NCBI GenBank assembly: GCA_025210155.1 | Contig: JAOASE010000011.1 | Coordinates: 12,498-76,497, forward strand | DNA from: Alphaproteobacteria bacterium | GTDB lineage: Bacteria > Pseudomonadota > Alphaproteobacteria > Rs-D84 > CASDRH01 | DNA: 64,000 bases | Reading direction: 5' to 3' | Shown: positions 49,262-59,792 of the stretch, one piece after another | How the letters are laid out: each line of letters begins with the position of its first letter | Position numbering within the stretch: the stretch's first letter is position 1 | Program-made: the position numbers and the translations under genes | Notes under the pieces: generated by a model | The model's database searches: none | What the model was told of the DNA's origin: nothing | What the model saw: the letters and a program-made list of their open reading frames with translations, nothing else

Positions 49262-49564
49262 AATAACATAATCCTTATAATTTATTTAAGCTTATTATCC
49301 ATATATTTTGCGTTCGTAACCTATTTTTAGATAATAATCTTAAATCAGGTTATATTATTTTATGTTGGTTGATAAAAGTATCTTTACACGAACGAGTAAG
49401 CTAACCAACTAGCGATGAAAATATTATATTACATAGCATATTTTTAAGCAAGGTTAAAGTTGTATCATCGTCCCGACTCAAGCTTTTTTATTTTTCTAAA
49501 AAGTAGTACTGCTATATAAAAAACCAACTACTTTTTTATCGAAAAACTAAAAAAGAAAATTAAC

Positions 49565-50086
49565 TTAATGATAAATTTCATTACAAGTTACAAGTCTGGA
49601 AAAATCAACTTTTTTTCCTTTAAAATCAAGCTCTTTCATTAGATAAATAATCAATTTATCTGAGTAAACTTCCTTAGCAAAAATCTCGCGCGCGTACATA
49701 CGCCTGCGTATATGTGTCGGAAAACTATCTATTTTTTTACATCCAAAAAAAGAATTATACCTAATAATATCTTGAATATCCTTTAGCTTTTTATCAAACA
49801 TCTCAAGAGAAATATCTCTTATATTTAAAATAATATGAGTATGATACATATCATATCTTCCCTTTTCTATAACTATAAAAAATCGTAAAGAATTTTTTAT
49901 CCAATGCCTTCCAAGTACTCTACGATTTAAAACCCTCATTATCCATCTTACTTCTTCTTTTAAAAATTCCTCACTCTTAACTTCATTATAATACCTAATT
50001 GTTAAAAATACTATTTTACCATTATCAAAATCTATAATATCCTTTAACCAACGATTAATCACTGCATAATTATTACTAACTTGCAT
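49565..50086 (-). CDS. Possible HUH-type replication initiator (inovirus Gp2-like)
   Basis: FFIVIEKGRYDMYHTHIILN resembles the HUH motif context of small rolling-circle Rep proteins. It sits where a satellite replication gene would be expected. Confidence 0.35.
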   Translation of the reverse strand: MQVSNNYAVINRWLKDIIDFDNGKIVFLTIRYYNEVKSEEFLKEEVRWIMRVLNRRVLGRHWIKNSLRFFIVIEKGRYDMYHTHIILNIRDISLEMFDKKLKDIQDIIRYNSFFGCKKIDSFPTHIRRRMYAREIFAKEVYSDKLIIYLMKELDFKGKKVDFSRLVTCNEIYH

Positions 50087-50219
50087 AACACATATCCTTC
50101 TAATTTTAGATTAAACAACTTATATAAAAACCAAGCCAATCCTTTTCTAAGCTAATATATAAATCTATGTAATAAGATCACCGGTGATAAATATGTTTAA
50201 ATTTTATTTCCATTCGGAA

Positions 50220-50432
50220 TTATTTCGATAAATTTTTAGAGAACTGTTCTCTAAGTACCCTTTTAGCACTTTCAGTTAAATTCTTTTTTTGATAGGGATT
50301 TTTACCGAAACGAAATTCATGCAATGAACAACCTTTAACAGGACAAAGTTGCACTTCTTTAGAGCTATTAAAACAACAGTCTAAGCACTTCACTCTAATT
50401 GCTTTAAGAGGCGTATTTTTTTTCTTCTTCAT
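50220..50432 (-). CDS. Small zinc-finger protein (70 aa)
   Basis: A CLDCC...CPVKGCSLH Cys cluster is present. The start lies 2 nt after the stop of the Xis-like gene. Confidence 0.5.
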   Translation of the reverse strand: MKKKKNTPLKAIRVKCLDCCFNSSKEVQLCPVKGCSLHEFRFGKNPYQKKNLTESAKRVLREQFSKNLSK

Positions 50433-50434
50433 AA

Positions 50435-50653
50435 TTACACCTCTAAGCTCTTTTTATCAATCCATTGAAAAAAAGCATCAACATCTATAAGAATCTTTTT
50501 ACCAATTCTTTTAAGAACTTTTTGTTCATCCATACCATTTAATTTAGAATTAAAAATATAACCTCTTATTGATCCATGTGAAAAAGCCGGAAAACTTTCC
50601 ACAAATTGTTTTACAGTCATCAGACTTGATACTGTGATTTGATTATTTTTCAT
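50435..50653 (-). CDS. Excisionase/AlpA-like HTH DNA-binding protein (72 aa)
   Basis: MTVKQFVESFPAFSHGSIRGYI...ILIDVDAFFQWI fits the Xis/MerR-type winged helix. Confidence 0.55.
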   Translation of the reverse strand: MKNNQITVSSLMTVKQFVESFPAFSHGSIRGYIFNSKLNGMDEQKVLKRIGKKILIDVDAFFQWIDKKSLEV

Positions 50654-50734
50654 AACAATCCTCTCTTTTTTTTAAATAAGAATTAATTTTCCTATTTACT
50701 AAAAAGAGTAAAACACGAATTAATGTTTAATTCA

Positions 50735-51457
50735 TTAACTCTCTTTCCCTAAATTTTGGGAAAATCTAGCATAATTTTTTTTATAATAATTATATGCATT
50801 TAAAAATAATTTAGAATTACGATCTAATCTAAAAAATTTATGCATTAAAAATATATATTCTTTAAAGAATACTTCATTATTCTTAGACTCTCTTAAATTA
50901 GGTTTTCTATCAGATAATAAAATATAAATAGAAATAAGAATATCCAAAAAACCTTCTTTAGAAACTCTATTAATCTTAATCTTTGACGGGTATTTCTTTT
51001 CAGCCCTTCTACAAACCTCTTCCCAATACTTAATATCATTCTCAATTTTAGTTGATATAAACTGCATTCTATCTTTCCTTAAACGGAAATGAGAATTCCT
51101 AATTAAATCTATATCCATAGAATTCAAATTAGAAATTTTATCATTAAGATTTTTAAAAGCATTTTCTAACTGTTTTATTTTTCTAGCAGGTTCCTTTTCT
51201 TCAAAGTCTTCCTGATTATAATAATCTCTAAAGACATAAGAATTCAAACCTCTCAAAATATTCAAATATGCTAAATTAATATCTATTTTACCCTCATTTA
51301 AAGTTATTTTCTTAAGTAAATTTAAACATTCCCCTTCTATACTTTTCAACTCTACATTTGGTAAAGAATTCTTTAATTCATAAACTTCATATTCCAAATC
51401 TTCTTTAGAAAAATTCTTATATTTTAAATGAGTAAAACAAAACTGCTGTAGATCCAT
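50735..51457 (-). CDS. Hypothetical protein (240 aa)
   Basis: Its ATG overlaps the integrase stop at 51457. No motif was recognised. Confidence 0.45.
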   Translation of the reverse strand: MDLQQFCFTHLKYKNFSKEDLEYEVYELKNSLPNVELKSIEGECLNLLKKITLNEGKIDINLAYLNILRGLNSYVFRDYYNQEDFEEKEPARKIKQLENAFKNLNDKISNLNSMDIDLIRNSHFRLRKDRMQFISTKIENDIKYWEEVCRRAEKKYPSKIKINRVSKEGFLDILISIYILLSDRKPNLRESKNNEVFFKEYIFLMHKFFRLDRNSKLFLNAYNYYKKNYARFSQNLGKES

Positions 51458-52524
51458 TATCTATCCCCAAACATTTTTTGATTCATTCTTTCAACAACAG
51501 AGCTTGTATGACTTTCAGATAAATGAGAATATCTCTTAACCATTTGCAATGTCTTATGACCTAATATCTCTGCAATTTCAGATGGAGTAGCTCCATTCAT
51601 AGCCAAATAACTTGCTGCAGTATGCCTTAAATCATGAAATCTAAAATTCTTAATATCAGCTTTCTTTAAAGAAGTTTCCCAACTATCCCTAATTTGAATA
51701 GGAACCTTTTTATCTTTAATAGATGGAAAAACTAAATTACTCTCATAATCTCGCTTATTATAAAGATCTTTTACCATCTCTAAAGCCTTACCCTTTAAAG
51801 GAAGAACTCTTTTCTCTCCATTCTTTGTCTCAAATAAAACAATCTTATTCCCCTTAATATCTACATTACTCCATTCTAAATTCAATATCTCACCTTGCCT
51901 AGCCCCAGTAGATAGAGCAATCATAACAATTACTTCTAAATAGGGACTCTTACTCTGAGAAACAACTTCTAATAGTCTTACCCTCTCATCATCTGAAAGA
52001 TATCTGACAACACCTTTAGGCTCTTCTAAATTAGATATTTTATTAAATGGATTACTCTCCAATAAATTCCACTCATTAACAGCTATACTAAAACAATGAC
52101 TCAAAGCTGAAGTATATCTATTAACCGTTGAAAAAGATCTCTTCTCTCCATTCTTTTTAGGTATATCCAACAGCTTTTGTCTAGCTTTAACAAGAGCTGA
52201 AGAATTCAGTTCTAACAACAACACATAACCTATAGTCTTTTTCCACCATTCTAACTTAGCTTTAACATCTTCCAACCTCTTAGGTTTATTAACAAGATAT
52301 TCATCAATATACTTATCTATAAGCTGAGATAGATTAAACTTTTTAGCATTAGAATGAGAAAAATATTTTCCCCTTCTTATATCAGCCTCTGTTTGCTGAG
52401 CCCATAACCTAGCATCTGTAAGTCTTTCAAAACTAGCCGTTTCTTGAGGCTTCCCTTTTATTCTTATACGAACTCTATATGAAAACTTATTATTTCCCAA
52501 TGGTCTCTTTTCTATCGTCGCCAT
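51457..52524 (-). CDS. int: Tyrosine recombinase (phage integrase family)
   Basis: Motifs seen: ALSTGARQGEIL, HDLRHTAASYL, and LGHKTLQMVKRYSH. Confidence 0.9.
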   Translation of the reverse strand: MATIEKRPLGNNKFSYRVRIRIKGKPQETASFERLTDARLWAQQTEADIRRGKYFSHSNAKKFNLSQLIDKYIDEYLVNKPKRLEDVKAKLEWWKKTIGYVLLLELNSSALVKARQKLLDIPKKNGEKRSFSTVNRYTSALSHCFSIAVNEWNLLESNPFNKISNLEEPKGVVRYLSDDERVRLLEVVSQSKSPYLEVIVMIALSTGARQGEILNLEWSNVDIKGNKIVLFETKNGEKRVLPLKGKALEMVKDLYNKRDYESNLVFPSIKDKKVPIQIRDSWETSLKKADIKNFRFHDLRHTAASYLAMNGATPSEIAEILGHKTLQMVKRYSHLSESHTSSVVERMNQKMFGDR

Positions 52525-52527
52525 AAT

Positions 52528-53205
52528 CTACTCCCAAATTTTCTTATGTGTTATTTCTAAAATTTCATATTTTTTTATCTTTAAACCATTTTTAATATCA
52601 TCAAAAAAAACTACATTAAAATTAGACTCTAACTCATTTAATTTAGTATCATAAATTTTTGAAACATAATATTTATCTCCAAAGTAAACCAATATTTCTT
52701 TTTTATCACCAATCTCCTCTAATACAGAATATTTTTTTTGAAGATAAGTAGGTTGAAGAATAAATATGATTAAAGAAAAGAATATAAATTTTGAAAACTT
52801 TTCTTCTTTTATATTTTCTAAAAATGAATTTAAATAAATTGCTATTGTATAACCTATACTAAGATTTCCTAAAATTTCATTTTTCAAAAAAACTCCTAAC
52901 AAAATAATAAAAATAGGACTTAATAAAATTAAATAACTCCAAAAAACACTTTTAAACATATTTGAGAGTTTTAAAGAAAATAAATATAAGAAATAAACTA
53001 AAAAAATTATTATAAAACTTTTTCCCAATATAAGTAAACAATCATTATATGTTATTTTTATTAAATAAAAAGGTATATCAAATTTAACAATAATATTTTG
53101 CCTATAATGAATATATGTCTTTAAATAGACTATTCCTAAAATAAATAAAGGTAAAATAACACCTAGATAATTAGAATTTAGTATTCTTTTCATCTTTTCT
53201 TCCAT
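52528..53205 (-). CDS. Multi-pass membrane protein (225 aa), partner of the RT
   Basis: About five TM helices are followed by a ~70-aa soluble C-terminus. It starts 18 nt after the RT stop and ends 3 nt before the int start. Confidence 0.55.
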   Translation of the reverse strand: MEEKMKRILNSNYLGVILPLFILGIVYLKTYIHYRQNIIVKFDIPFYLIKITYNDCLLILGKSFIIIFLVYFLYLFSLKLSNMFKSVFWSYLILLSPIFIILLGVFLKNEILGNLSIGYTIAIYLNSFLENIKEEKFSKFIFFSLIIFILQPTYLQKKYSVLEEIGDKKEILVYFGDKYYVSKIYDTKLNELESNFNVVFFDDIKNGLKIKKYEILEITHKKIWE

Positions 53206-53223
53206 AACGACTCCTAAATATTT

Positions 53224-54843
53224 TTAAAAAGGGATTTCCTCAATATCATCATCAATAGACTCAACTTCAATAAATTTCATAAAGTTAATATTATTATCTT
53301 TCATAAACTTAAATTCCTTACCCATAACTCCCTTGTATGGATTTCCAATAATTCCATTAAAAAACAACTCATATTCCAACAACCAATAAGAATTTTCAAA
53401 GTTCATATATTCTATAACATCATCATCATTCTTATTTTGAATAGAAGATCTATAATATTTTTTTAATACATCTATATCCCGACTCTTATTATCGGATTTA
53501 AAATAATAAAATATCATCAATAATGATAAACAGTCCTTCATTTTAAATTTATTATTTTTATAAAAATTATCTGAGTTAATCCAAAAATCATATTTAATAG
53601 ATAAATATAAACACCAAACAAAAACATCTATCTGTTGTTTCTCAACACTAGAAATAATAAGCTTATCTATATATAAATTCATAGATATATCATGAACCCC
53701 AAATTTTTCAAAAAAAACATCTAACAAGGATATCAAATATGGATACTTAAATATCATTTGTATTAAGCTTTTTAATATAAAATTATATTTTTGATCATCC
53801 ATATCTTCTACAGTATTTAAAAGAGTTTTCATTCCAAACTTATATACTTTACCAAAATTTAAAACGGAATGTTTATGTAATAAATCTATAAATAACTTTA
53901 TAGATGTCTCCTCATCTTTCAAATCAAAATTTTTAATATCATAAATCCAATTTTCATAAAAAGTATTAGGAATACTTTCTACAGAGAATTTAAAGTCATT
54001 TAAAGATAATTTATATTTATATAATTCTCTCCTTAAAATATTTCTAAATTTTTCAACTTCCAAATCATCTTTAGCATAAAAAACATAATCATCAATAAAC
54101 CTATAATAATTTTCAAATTCATCTCTTAGAACACTATCTATCTTGGAGAGTAAAATATCTGCTATCACATAAGAAGTATCTGGTCCTATAGGAATTCCGT
54201 AACTTTCTCTACTATCTAAATTCATAATAGTATTTTCTAACTTATTATTAAATAATTCAGTATTATTTCTATGTTTTTTAGCTTCACTTTTTCCTAAAAT
54301 AGCCCAGGATATAGAGTGTGAATAAATTGAATCATAAAATTTAGTTATATCAAATTTAACTTTATATTTAGAAAATAATTTATAATCTAAATCAAAATCT
54401 TCTTCAAAATATTTATAAGAAGACATATCAAACAATCTACCATCTTTTTTCATAGACACTAAATTAGGATTAACTTCACCAGTCCCCATATATTCCCAAT
54501 TCTTTTTAAAATACTCATACAAGTCACTTTCCCAATAAAAAGATATACAATTCACCAAATCAAAATATGCTAAAAAATTAGGTATTTTAAGACCTCTAAC
54601 TTCATTTTTATCTCTAGTTAAAGGAAAATAAAGAGATAAAGTAGAGTTATTTTTCAATAAAGATATATAATTTTCAAAATCTATTTTCCTATAGTAAACA
54701 TTTCCAAAATTCTCAGAGTTGAAACAAGGAGGTAAATGTTCTGGAAATAAACCATATTTCAATAGTCTTGAAGCTAAATCATGTCTATTAGAAACATATC
54801 TAATATTATTATTATAAGAACTCATAAAAACCAACCTTTCCAT
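53224..54843 (-). CDS. AbiK/Abi-P2-like (class 1 UG/Abi) reverse transcriptase
   Basis: RT motifs A (FDITKFYDSIYSHSISW), B' (YGIPIGPDTSYVIADILLSKID) and C (YRFIDDYVFY) are present. The spacing and the GKSEAKKHR segment parallel AbiK as I recall it. A ~250-aa helical C-terminus follows. Confidence 0.7.
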   Translation of the reverse strand: MERLVFMSSYNNNIRYVSNRHDLASRLLKYGLFPEHLPPCFNSENFGNVYYRKIDFENYISLLKNNSTLSLYFPLTRDKNEVRGLKIPNFLAYFDLVNCISFYWESDLYEYFKKNWEYMGTGEVNPNLVSMKKDGRLFDMSSYKYFEEDFDLDYKLFSKYKVKFDITKFYDSIYSHSISWAILGKSEAKKHRNNTELFNNKLENTIMNLDSRESYGIPIGPDTSYVIADILLSKIDSVLRDEFENYYRFIDDYVFYAKDDLEVEKFRNILRRELYKYKLSLNDFKFSVESIPNTFYENWIYDIKNFDLKDEETSIKLFIDLLHKHSVLNFGKVYKFGMKTLLNTVEDMDDQKYNFILKSLIQMIFKYPYLISLLDVFFEKFGVHDISMNLYIDKLIISSVEKQQIDVFVWCLYLSIKYDFWINSDNFYKNNKFKMKDCLSLLMIFYYFKSDNKSRDIDVLKKYYRSSIQNKNDDDVIEYMNFENSYWLLEYELFFNGIIGNPYKGVMGKEFKFMKDNNINFMKFIEVESIDDDIEEIPF

Positions 54844-54961
54844 TTTCTTAATTAAACTCTATAACTATCCTCCACAAAAGTCAACACTGGAGAAAAAACC
54901 GATGAATAAAACCCTAAAACATTATACTATTCAAGACATTCATAAACAAATATGAAATTCA

Positions 54962-54979
54962 TGGGACAATTACGGGACA
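54962..54979 (-). promoter_or_regulatory. Arm-type repeat pair, inverted orientation
   Basis: TGGGACAattacGGGACA is the reverse complement of TGTCCC-n5-TGTCCCA. Confidence 0.4.
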
Positions 54980-55061
54980 AATATCTTAACAAACACCAGA
55001 GACAAACAAGGAGTTTATTACTACTCATTCTTCTTATTTATTGCAGTTTTTTATTTTCAAC

Positions 55062-55079
55062 TGTCCCACGAGTGTCCCA
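55062..55079 (+). promoter_or_regulatory. Arm-type repeat pair TGTCCCA-n4-TGTCCCA
   Basis: TGTCCCAcgagTGTCCCA lies 60 nt from the tRNA 3' end. Confidence 0.45.
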
Positions 55080-55139
55080 GAGACATAAAAAAAGAGCTTA
55101 AAGAAAATTCTCAATCTTCCTTAAACCCTTGTAAAATAA

Positions 55140-55227
<88 letters not shown>

Positions 55228-55352
55228 ATTCCAACAATGTAATCAAAACTAAACTCATTAATTTTGATAAGACTGATAATACATATAAAAAAATTAAAAT
55301 CAAGTTTTTTTTTAACAATTTTTCAAAAAAACAAAAAATAGCTAATAAAAGA

Positions 55353-55871
55353 CTAATCACACCAATTTTTCAACTTCCTACCTCCATTATAAGAAACTGC
55401 TAAATCAGTCTTCAGCATCTCTCCAGCAACATTCACAACATCATTTCCTAAAAACTCTCCATCAGAAAAATAAACATTAGCATCAATCCTATTGCCATAC
55501 TTATCCTTCTTTACCCCATTTATAAAAAATTTCTTACCCTGCTTCTCCGCAGATAATAAAATCCCCTTCATAAATTTAGTAGCCTCTCTTGCCAACACCT
55601 TTTCATCATCGCACCTAGCGTTACCACCCTTCTCAGGAGTATCAATCCCAATAAGCCTAATATTAATTTTCTCAGACAAAGTATTAGTATAATAAATCTC
55701 CACAAACAAAGTATCACCATCCACCACATCAAGCACATCTATATGATAAACATTTTTAGATACATCATTATACTTCCCCTTCTTAGCAACAGCCTCAAAA
55801 GAGAATAAACAAAAACAAATAAATAGAACTAAACAATTTCTACCCATAATAAACCTCTCCCACAACAACAC
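55353..55871 (-). CDS. Secreted staphylococcal-nuclease-like (SNase) thermonuclease
   Basis: A signal sequence is followed by VVDGDTLFV and IRLIGIDTPE. The true start is possibly MGRNCLV at 55847. Confidence 0.75.
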   Translation of the reverse strand: MLLWERFIMGRNCLVLFICFCLFSFEAVAKKGKYNDVSKNVYHIDVLDVVDGDTLFVEIYYTNTLSEKINIRLIGIDTPEKGGNARCDDEKVLAREATKFMKGILLSAEKQGKKFFINGVKKDKYGNRIDANVYFSDGEFLGNDVVNVAGEMLKTDLAVSYNGGRKLKNWCD

Positions 55872-55986
55872 AACCTCAGATAAACCAAAATTATAATAAC
55901 ACTACTTTTGATTGCATTCAAGACGAAACTATTCTTAAAGAAAAAGCTTTGACATTATCGTATTAAAAAGCTAAACTCACAACATT

Positions 55987-56979
55987 ATGGAGAAAAAATA
56001 TTTAACATTAATAGACGGTTCTGGATATATATTCCGCGCCTATTTCGCAATCAAAAGACTAGAAGGCGTAAACGCAATTTTCGGCTTCTGCTCTATGCTA
56101 CTAAAAGTACTTGAAGAAAAAGTAAATCACAACGATACTGGCCACATAGAAAACGAAAAAATCATAATAGTTTTCGATGCCGCTAGAAAAAACTGGCGTA
56201 ACGAAGTATATGATCAATACAAAGCAAATCGTACTGATTTACCAGATGATCTAAAACCTCAATTCAAACCAATCAAAGAGTGTGCTGAAGCCTTCGGTCT
56301 ACCAACAATAGAAATGGAAGGATACGAAGCTGACGACATCATAGCAACATACGCTGAGCAAGCTAAAAACAATGGTTACATAACAAGAATTATCTCATCA
56401 GATAAAGACCTTATGCAATTAGTAGAAGATAATAGCGTCTACATGTACGACTCTATGAAAGATAAAAAAGTTGATGAAGCAGCTGTTTTTGAAAAATTCG
56501 GAGTATCACCTAAGCAAGTTCCTGACGCACAAGCTCTTATAGGAGATAGCTCAGATAATATTCCAGGAGTTCCAAACATTGGTCCCAAAAAAGCTGCAAA
56601 GCTTATACAAGAATTCGGCTCTATAGAAAATATGATTTCTAACATAGAAGGTATAGATAATGCCAAAACAAAAGAAACTGTAAAGGACAATATAGATAAT
56701 GCTGAAGTTTCTAAAAAGCTTGCAACACTTATAAGAGACATAGATCTAGAAACTCACATCAACGATGTTCCTCACGCAGTTATAAACGCAACAGGACTAA
56801 AGAAAATCATTGAAACTTTTAACTTCAGAGAACTTGAAAGAAGATTTGAAAACACTATTAAAAAGTTCCAAGACACTTACGGAAACGAAGGTTTCGATAA
56901 TAAAGATGTTGAACTAAACGTTCCTGAAGAAATAACAATCTTCAAAAAAGAAAAACCTCAACAAGGTGATTTATTTTAA
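55987..56979 (+). CDS. Stand-alone 5'-3' exonuclease (Pol I N-terminal/FEN-like)
   Basis: Motifs seen: LIDGSGYIFRAYFA, EADDIIAT, SSDKDLMQL, and the H3TH motif GDSSDNIPGVPNIGPKKA. Confidence 0.85.
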   Translation: MEKKYLTLIDGSGYIFRAYFAIKRLEGVNAIFGFCSMLLKVLEEKVNHNDTGHIENEKIIIVFDAARKNWRNEVYDQYKANRTDLPDDLKPQFKPIKECAEAFGLPTIEMEGYEADDIIATYAEQAKNNGYITRIISSDKDLMQLVEDNSVYMYDSMKDKKVDEAAVFEKFGVSPKQVPDAQALIGDSSDNIPGVPNIGPKKAAKLIQEFGSIENMISNIEGIDNAKTKETVKDNIDNAEVSKKLATLIRDIDLETHINDVPHAVINATGLKKIIETFNFRELERRFENTIKKFQDTYGNEGFDNKDVELNVPEEITIFKKEKPQQGDLF

Positions 56980-57022
56980 AAAGAAAGGAGTTAATTAAAA
57001 CTCCTTTTTTATTTTACACTGA

Positions 57023-58057
57023 TTATTTTTTACAAGATTTTTTAACAGCTCTTTTACATTGTCTCTTTTCTTTTCCAGACATGCTATTACAACCTTTTTC
57101 AGCATAACCATCAGCAATACATTTCTTCTTCAACTCTCTCTTATAAGAACCTCTAGGATTTCCTGCTTTATCAAATTTCTTAACAGCATCAACTTCACCA
57201 TCCTTATAAGTAGTAACTGTTTTTCCTTTTGAATTATTCTCTGTTTTTTCAATATAATCTTTACAATCTACATCCCCAATTTCACAATCATAAGAAGATA
57301 ATCTATCACCTTTATGTCTAATAGACTCAACAACTTCACCTTCTTCTGTTATAACTCTAATAAGCCCTTCTTTATCTTCCTCTTTCTCAAAAGAAATACC
57401 ATCACCATAAGTACCTTTAGTATCTATAAGCTCTTTACCACCTGATAATTTTTCTTTATAAAAATAATCACCATCAGAATCTCTTAAATAATGTTTAGTC
57501 TTATCTTTATATTCAACTTCTCTAACATTTTCAGATTTAAATTCTTCACCTGAGTAATTCTTTTGATATTTAACTTTCTTTTGCCACTTATTATCTTTAC
57601 CTCTGATAATTCTAGTAACTTCACCATCTTCAGAAATAGTTTCTTTTGAAAACCCACCTTTTTCTAAATTTTCAAATCTAACCTTACTACCATTTCTCTT
57701 ATCATACTCAGACTCAATTAATTTATTATCAGAATCTGTAGTTCTATAACCTCTTGTACCTGTTTTAGTAACAGTCTCAACATTACCATCTTCATCTTTT
57801 TTAACTTTAGTATTTCTATGACTACCGTCTTTAGAATATCTATTTTCAGATTCAATAGTTCCCTCTAGTTTTTCACCAGAATAAACAGCCTTTTTAATAT
57901 CAAGACCGTCATGAGTTTTCCCATCAACTTCCTCTAAAACTTGAATTGCAACTTTTTCATTCTTATTAGTCTTTTTCTTTTCATCATCATTTCCATCTGC
58001 ATAAGCATTTGAAGTAACTAAAAAACCTGCCAATAATAATAAAGATATTTTATTCAT
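57023..58057 (-). CDS. Lys/Glu-rich secreted protein (344 aa)
   Basis: The start MNKISLLLLAGFLVTSNAYA follows GGAGAAGG (track start 58120 is less likely). The sequence is low-complexity and K/E/D-rich with a Cys-rich basic tail. Confidence 0.55.
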   Translation of the reverse strand: MNKISLLLLAGFLVTSNAYADGNDDEKKKTNKNEKVAIQVLEEVDGKTHDGLDIKKAVYSGEKLEGTIESENRYSKDGSHRNTKVKKDEDGNVETVTKTGTRGYRTTDSDNKLIESEYDKRNGSKVRFENLEKGGFSKETISEDGEVTRIIRGKDNKWQKKVKYQKNYSGEEFKSENVREVEYKDKTKHYLRDSDGDYFYKEKLSGGKELIDTKGTYGDGISFEKEEDKEGLIRVITEEGEVVESIRHKGDRLSSYDCEIGDVDCKDYIEKTENNSKGKTVTTYKDGEVDAVKKFDKAGNPRGSYKRELKKKCIADGYAEKGCNSMSGKEKRQCKRAVKKSCKK

Positions 58058-58177
58058 AATCCTTCTCCATAAAATAATTACGTATGAAAATATGATACCA
58101 CAAAAATATAACCAATACAAACAAATAAAAAAGAGGTTAAATTAAAACCTCTCTTTCATAAATATCTTTGATAAAGC

Positions 58178-58627
58178 TTATTTTTTCATTGGAACTTTCA
58201 TAGCAGACAATTCACAAGAAACACAAAGTTCTCCGTCCACTTCACCCCAACATTTAAACTTACTCATAGGACCTTTTTCTGTTATGATTTCAACATGTAA
58301 TTTCAACACATCACCAGGAACAACTTGTCTTTTAAACTTAGCTTTGTCAGTTCCTGCTAGTAAAATTAATGTATCATCTGGATTTTCCATAACATCTTTT
58401 CCAACACAAACTGCAGTTTGAGCCAAGGCTTCTAACATAAGAAAGCCAGGAAAAGTAGCTCTACCAGGAAAATGTCCATTAAAAACTTCTTCATTAGCTG
58501 TAACACATTTAGTACCAGTAGCACTCACACCTCTTTCTGTAATTTCCACTTTATCTATTAATAAAAATGGATATCTGTGAGGTACTAGCTTTTTAATTCC
58601 TTCAATATCATATTTTACAGTAGTCAT
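58178..58627 (-). CDS. fabZ: 3-hydroxyacyl-ACP dehydratase
   Basis: Motifs seen: LPHRYPFLLID, FNGHFPG, PGFLMLEALAQ. Confidence 0.9.
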   Translation of the reverse strand: MTTVKYDIEGIKKLVPHRYPFLLIDKVEITERGVSATGTKCVTANEEVFNGHFPGRATFPGFLMLEALAQTAVCVGKDVMENPDDTLILLAGTDKAKFKRQVVPGDVLKLHVEIITEKGPMSKFKCWGEVDGELCVSCELSAMKVPMKK

Positions 58628-58701
58628 AATAAACCCTTTTTCTACTTTTTTGTATTCTTAACTATGCATTATTATATATTTTAAAAAGCATATTGCAAGA
58701 A

Positions 58702-59754
58702 TTATTTTTTTCTTTTAATTAAACCTCTCAAAGCGGCTGTTTGTCTCAAATAATCTCTTTTATTTGTCGCAGGAAGCCCCCAAACACTAGAGCCTGAAGA
58801 AACGTTTCCTATCACACCAGACATACCACCAATATTAGCACCATCTTCTATCTTAAGATGCCCAGATATAGCCGTATTTCCACCGACAAGAACAAATGAA
58901 CCCATCTCAACAGAACCTGCAATACAACAACCTCCAGCTAAAATAGAATGTTTTCCAATATTAACATTATGAGCAATCTGACATAAATTATCTATTTTAA
59001 CACCATCTGAAATCTTACTATCTTCAAACACACCTCTATCAATACATGTATTAGCACCAATTTCAACAAAATCACCTAAAATAACAGATCCTGTATGAAT
59101 AACTCTAACATGCCCTCTAGCATCAGACGCCCAACCAAAACCAACAGTACCTAATCTAGCACCTTCATCTATAACACAATAATTACCTAATATAGAATAT
59201 CTAATAGTTGCGCCATCTCTAATAATAGATCCATCGCCTATTTCAACACCAGCACCAATAACAACGTTATTTCCTATAACGACGTTCTTACCTATCTTAA
59301 CATTCTTTTCTATAACTGAAAAATGACCTATAGCAACACTATCTTTTTCAACGAATTCAACAGAAGAATCTACAAAAGATCTTTCTGATATTGATTTTTC
59401 AACTAAAGATAAATCTTGAACAAAATGTTCTTGTAACTTAATAAATGATTTTTTAGGACTTTCCGAAATAAATACAGCTATATTTGTATCTTTAAATAAA
59501 TCTTTATTAGAATCTCTTACAATAATAGCTGAAGCCTTTAATTCCGAAATATAAGCCATATATTTATCTCTAGAAAGCTCTGAAGAAGCTCCCACACCAT
59601 CAAGATAAACTATATCACCCTCTTTATTATTTCTTAAATCACCTAAAGAAAAAATCTCTACAGAATCACATTTTTGATAAGCTTCAACCGAAGCAATTCT
59701 TTTGATATCATCAGAAAACAACTTGTACTTGCCAAGCCCAAAAAATTTATTCAT
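58702..59754 (-). CDS. lpxD: UDP-3-O-acylglucosamine N-acyltransferase
   Basis: It has a long left-handed beta-helix of hexapeptide repeats (IGKNVVIGNNVVIGAGVEIGDG...) and sits between skp and fabZ. Confidence 0.85.
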   Translation of the reverse strand: MNKFFGLGKYKLFSDDIKRIASVEAYQKCDSVEIFSLGDLRNNKEGDIVYLDGVGASSELSRDKYMAYISELKASAIIVRDSNKDLFKDTNIAVFISESPKKSFIKLQEHFVQDLSLVEKSISERSFVDSSVEFVEKDSVAIGHFSVIEKNVKIGKNVVIGNNVVIGAGVEIGDGSIIRDGATIRYSILGNYCVIDEGARLGTVGFGWASDARGHVRVIHTGSVILGDFVEIGANTCIDRGVFEDSKISDGVKIDNLCQIAHNVNIGKHSILAGGCCIAGSVEMGSFVLVGGNTAISGHLKIEDGANIGGMSGVIGNVSSGSSVWGLPATNKRDYLRQTAALRGLIKRKK

Positions 59755-59792
59755 AACTAAAACCTTTCTTGTAAAAAGTTATCTAAATACAA

